Assembly: GCA_963810755.1 (NCBI GenBank)
Contig: CAWEOP010000005.1
Span: forward strand, 6,394 to 70,393
Source: an uncultured Gammaproteobacteria bacterium
GTDB taxonomy: Bacteria > Pseudomonadota > Gammaproteobacteria > Steroidobacterales > Rariloculaceae
DNA length: 64,000 bases
Direction of reading: 5' to 3'
The notes beneath the pieces were generated by a model. The model did no database searches. It was given only the letters and a program-made list of their open reading frames with translations, and had not been told where the DNA came from. The translations under genes were made by a program, and so were the position numbers. This document shows positions 60,788-64,000 of the stretch, one piece after another. Each line of letters begins with the position of its first letter. Position 1 is the first letter of the stretch.

Positions 60788-63358
60788 CTAGAAGCGGAAA
60801 TTCAGAGATACACCGTACTCGCGGGGACGGCCCACCGTGGCGAAGTCGTAGCCCCAGATGCCGTGGAAGAACCCCGAGTTCAGCATGTACTCGTCCGTCA
60901 GGTTCGTGCCGAAGACCGACGCCTGCCAGGCCCCATCCGCCGGCTCGTACGTGAACCGGGCATTCAAGACAGCCCAGTCACCGCTCTCCTCGTAGCCATC
61001 AGGCACGGCCGCGTAGCCGGAGACACGCAGGAACGGCTCCGACCGCCAGAACTGACCCTGGTAGTTGTAGTCGAAACGCGAGATGAAGGACCCACCGCCG
61101 CTGAGCATCGCGGTGTGCTGCAGACCGAGCGTGTAGCTCGTGTCAGGCGCATCCGCGAATTCCAGGCCCGTCGTGAACGGCAGGTGGCCGGAATACGTAC
61201 CCGGCTTGATCTCGGTGTACGCCGTATCGAGCAGGCCCAGGCCGAGGTTGATCTGCAGGCTCGCGATCGGAAGGAACGTGAGCTCGATCTCGACGCCCTT
61301 GGCATTGGCCGTACCGACGTTCGTAGTCAGGAGCGTCGGAATCTGCACGCCGGTCACCGGGTCAGTCACGACACCCGCGGCCTGGAGGTCTTCCCAGTCC
61401 GTGTCGAACACTGTCGCGTTGAACCGCAGTTTGCCGTCAGCCAAGTCGGACCGGATGCCGACTTCGGTGTTCTTCAACGTCGCCGGCTTGTACGGGAACA
61501 GCGTACGGGTTGTGCCGATGATGGCGGCCGACACGCCGCCCGAGTTGAAGCCTTCCGAGTAGCTCATGTAGCCCATGAAGTTGTCGTTGAACTGATACTG
61601 CAAAGCCAGGCGCGACGTGAGCTTGTCGAACTGGAACGGCGTATAGGTGCTCGCGACGTCAGCCCCCGCGAACTGGTCGCCGACCGGGAGTGAGGTCGGG
61701 TCGAGCGGCTTAACCGGGGTCACGCCGGGGACTGCGGACATGTTCACCGTGAAACCGCTTTGATCGTGCTGCCGCAGTCCGATCGTCATATCGAACTTGT
61801 CGGTCCAGTGGACCGTCGCCTCGCCGAACACCGCCCAACCGTCCTGACCCGACCGCGACAGCGAATCGAACGTACCGGCGACGGCGCCGTAGTAGACCTG
61901 CTGGCAGGTTTGCCAGGCTCCGGCACCGGTGCCCGCGGCGCCACCGTAGTTGATGCCACCCACCGTGGAACCGGGGACGAACCGCATGTTGTTCGGATTG
62001 TCGGTCGTCGACGGCGTCGGCTCGAGCGGCGCAATGCTGCACGGATTGGCTGGGTTGCCGCTGGTGTTGTTGAACACCCGCAGCGGATCCATCAGGCCCT
62101 TCTGGAATTCGTTGACCTGCCAACGCATACCGCGGGCTTTATTTTTCTGGTCCCAGTAGTAGGCGCCGGCCAACCACTCGACTTTGCCGCGGCCGCCCGT
62201 CAGCTGGATTTCCTGGCTGAAAACGTCGAGCTCTGTCTGGTTGATGTCCAGCACGAGGTCGTACTGGCTGTTGTCCCAGTCGGTCACGCCGTCGGCGTCC
62301 TGCCCCGTCTCCGCGGTCAGCAACTGCAGGTTCAGGTTGTCCGACATCGCCCAATTGATTTCGAGCGAGGCCTGCTGCGTGTCATACGTGCTCTTGAGCG
62401 TCTGGTTGGAACGGTTCTCATACAAACCGACCTTGCCGCCGGGGTAGCCCGCAACCTGGTTCACCCGGTCAAAGAACGGCTCCACAGGATTGCCGCGGTA
62501 GTCGACGCCGACATACGTGTACATCTCGGGCAGGCCGATGATCGACTTGCCCCAGGCCGGGGCCGGGTCATCGTAAGTCCGGAACATCGCGTCTTGAACA
62601 CGCGGCTCGGTGAACTTGTTACTGTCGTCTTGGAAGTTCAGGCGGAAGCTCAACTTGTCGGTCGCGTCCCAAAGGATATCGCCGCGGAACACGGTCTGGG
62701 CTACGTCGCCGCCCTCCTCACCGGTCGTGAGGCTGGTGATGTAGCCGTCGCGGTTCATGCTCGCGCCGGTCCACTTGGTCTTGACCTTGTCGCCCAACGG
62801 CAGATCGATAGACGCCTTGACGTCGGCACGGCTGTTCGAGCCGGCCGTCGCGGTGACGTTGCCGCCGAACTCTTCGCCCGGGCGCTTCGTCCAGATGCGG
62901 ACGGCGCCGCCGGTGGAATCGCGGCCGAACATCGTGCCCTGCGGGCCACGCAGCACTTCGACGCGGTCGATGTCGACGAACTCTTGCGTCAGGAAGCCGG
63001 CCGTGCCGACCTGCCAGACGCCGTCGATATAGGTACCGACGTTCGGGATGCCGCGCATGCGGAAGTTCGTGCCGCCGACGCCGCCGCCGCCACCCGTGAT
63101 GACGACGTTCGGTACGCCCTGGCTGACTTCCTCGAGGTTATCGATGCCGCGCATCTCGAGGTTTTCGCCCGTGATCGCGACGATCGAGATCGGAACCTCT
63201 TGCAGATTTTGTTCACGCCGGGTTGCCGTGACGACGATTTCCTCAAGGCCCCCTGCACTCGCGCCCTGCTGCGCATACGCCATCTGTGCCGTGGCGCCCG
63301 CGGAGCCCGCGAGCACTGCAGCGATGGCGACTCTCAATTTCCTGCTATCCATAGGCAT
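60788..63358 (-). CDS. TonB-dependent receptor
   Basis: LEEIVVTATRREQNLQEVP, IDRVEVLRGPQGTMFGR, C-terminal GVSLNFRF. Confidence 0.95.
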   Translation of the reverse strand: MPMDSRKLRVAIAAVLAGSAGATAQMAYAQQGASAGGLEEIVVTATRREQNLQEVPISIVAITGENLEMRGIDNLEEVSQGVPNVVITGGGGGVGGTNFRMRGIPNVGTYIDGVWQVGTAGFLTQEFVDIDRVEVLRGPQGTMFGRDSTGGAVRIWTKRPGEEFGGNVTATAGSNSRADVKASIDLPLGDKVKTKWTGASMNRDGYITSLTTGEEGGDVAQTVFRGDILWDATDKLSFRLNFQDDSNKFTEPRVQDAMFRTYDDPAPAWGKSIIGLPEMYTYVGVDYRGNPVEPFFDRVNQVAGYPGGKVGLYENRSNQTLKSTYDTQQASLEINWAMSDNLNLQLLTAETGQDADGVTDWDNSQYDLVLDINQTELDVFSQEIQLTGGRGKVEWLAGAYYWDQKNKARGMRWQVNEFQKGLMDPLRVFNNTSGNPANPCSIAPLEPTPSTTDNPNNMRFVPGSTVGGINYGGAAGTGAGAWQTCQQVYYGAVAGTFDSLSRSGQDGWAVFGEATVHWTDKFDMTIGLRQHDQSGFTVNMSAVPGVTPVKPLDPTSLPVGDQFAGADVASTYTPFQFDKLTSRLALQYQFNDNFMGYMSYSEGFNSGGVSAAIIGTTRTLFPYKPATLKNTEVGIRSDLADGKLRFNATVFDTDWEDLQAAGVVTDPVTGVQIPTLLTTNVGTANAKGVEIELTFLPIASLQINLGLGLLDTAYTEIKPGTYSGHLPFTTGLEFADAPDTSYTLGLQHTAMLSGGGSFISRFDYNYQGQFWRSEPFLRVSGYAAVPDGYEESGDWAVLNARFTYEPADGAWQASVFGTNLTDEYMLNSGFFHGIWGYDFATVGRPREYGVSLNFRF

Positions 63359-63648
63359 TAACCCCCGATTTGGAATTCAAACACTCAAAATAAACTCTAA
63401 AGGACCCGCCGCGGTTCTTGTTTCGAACACGCAACAGGGCGCGTGACACCGTCAAGAAACCACGCGCAAATTTCGAACTCTGATGATCCCCGATCGCGTA
63501 CTTAAGTGGCCAGCCGACCAAGCGACAGCTTTGACTGCCTTGTTATTGTTGGCGAAGTGTACCCACGACCACGAAGTCAAAAAACGGGTACACGTCACAC
63601 TGGGCATCAATTCCACCACGTTTGGTGTAATCGCAACAAGCCCCTCCC

Positions 63649-63796
63649 GAGTCCGCTACTCGGCCCTGTGGGTGGTTCCGTAGGTCTCGACGACTGTCCG
63701 CGGTAACCGTCCCAAGGGGCAGAAGCCTAGGTCTCTCATATATATAGCCCGCTCGGAACCCTCGTTCGCTGGGGTCAACATGGCGTGAACGGACTC
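63649..63796. ncRNA. Candidate structured RNA (long interrupted hairpin, 6S-like shape)
   Basis: Nested complementary arms: GAGTCCG 63649-55 with CGGACTC 63790-96; GGTTCCG 63674-80 with CGGAACC 63754-60; CTGTCC with GGGCAG; AT-rich bubble TCATATATATAG. Confidence 0.3.
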
Positions 63797-64000
63797 CTCG
63801 GTACGGTGTGAGCCGGTCGCGGCCAAGTCTGTTATCCCACATAACGCTGCGCAAGATACGCGCATCAAGGGCGTCCGCGCAATCGAGCGCATTCCTGCCG
63901 ATCGTCGTGATTTGCGCAAACTAGCGGGGTCGTTCGGACAGCGCACGAACGGTCGAAGGTGTTCCGACGGCCCGAGCGGCTAGCGGCTGTGCTGAACTAG

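Noticed and set aside
63831-63845. GTTATCCCACATAAC as a DnaA box or replication origin
   Set aside because: It mismatches TTATNCACA, is single, and has no origin context.
63360-64000. Cobalamin, TPP or other known riboswitch upstream of the TBDR
   Set aside because: I could not find the conserved core motifs on the minus strand by eye; only the unnamed hairpin candidate is kept.

Overview
High-GC bacterial DNA, probably a TonB-receptor-rich Gram-negative soil organism (likely Gammaproteobacteria; inference). Scattered single-base indels split genes at about 0-5 kb, 35 kb, 39.6-44.6 kb and 51-58.5 kb and look like long-read assembly errors. All family calls come from motifs recognised by eye, not from database searches. 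Contents in order: a Tat-signal TPP enzyme with a cytochrome c; two NHL/PAL-like propellers; an ada-alkA/ogt repair pair; an ankyrin-DUF1592-DUF1552 operon upstream of a TonB-dependent receptor (TBDR); yqjDEK; a second DUF1592/DUF1552 pair split by a haem-YVTN gene and a 2OG oxygenase, followed by a degenerate MBL-fold gene. From 30 to 46 kb lies a cluster with two paralogous Cys-rich TBDRs, several 2OG-Fe(II) oxygenases, TPR proteins and apparently soluble TonB-C-terminal-domain proteins. After it come a complete wspABCDEFR operon with an extra coupled upstream gene, an amidohydrolase-hypothetical-DUF6152 operon, a fourth TBDR with twin terminators, and a candidate structured RNA near 63.7 kb. 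The best candidates for an undescribed system are the TBDR/2OG-oxygenase/soluble-TonB-C cluster and the DUF1592/DUF1552/ankyrin periplasmic redox modules. I saw no rRNA, tRNA, CRISPR array or transposase.
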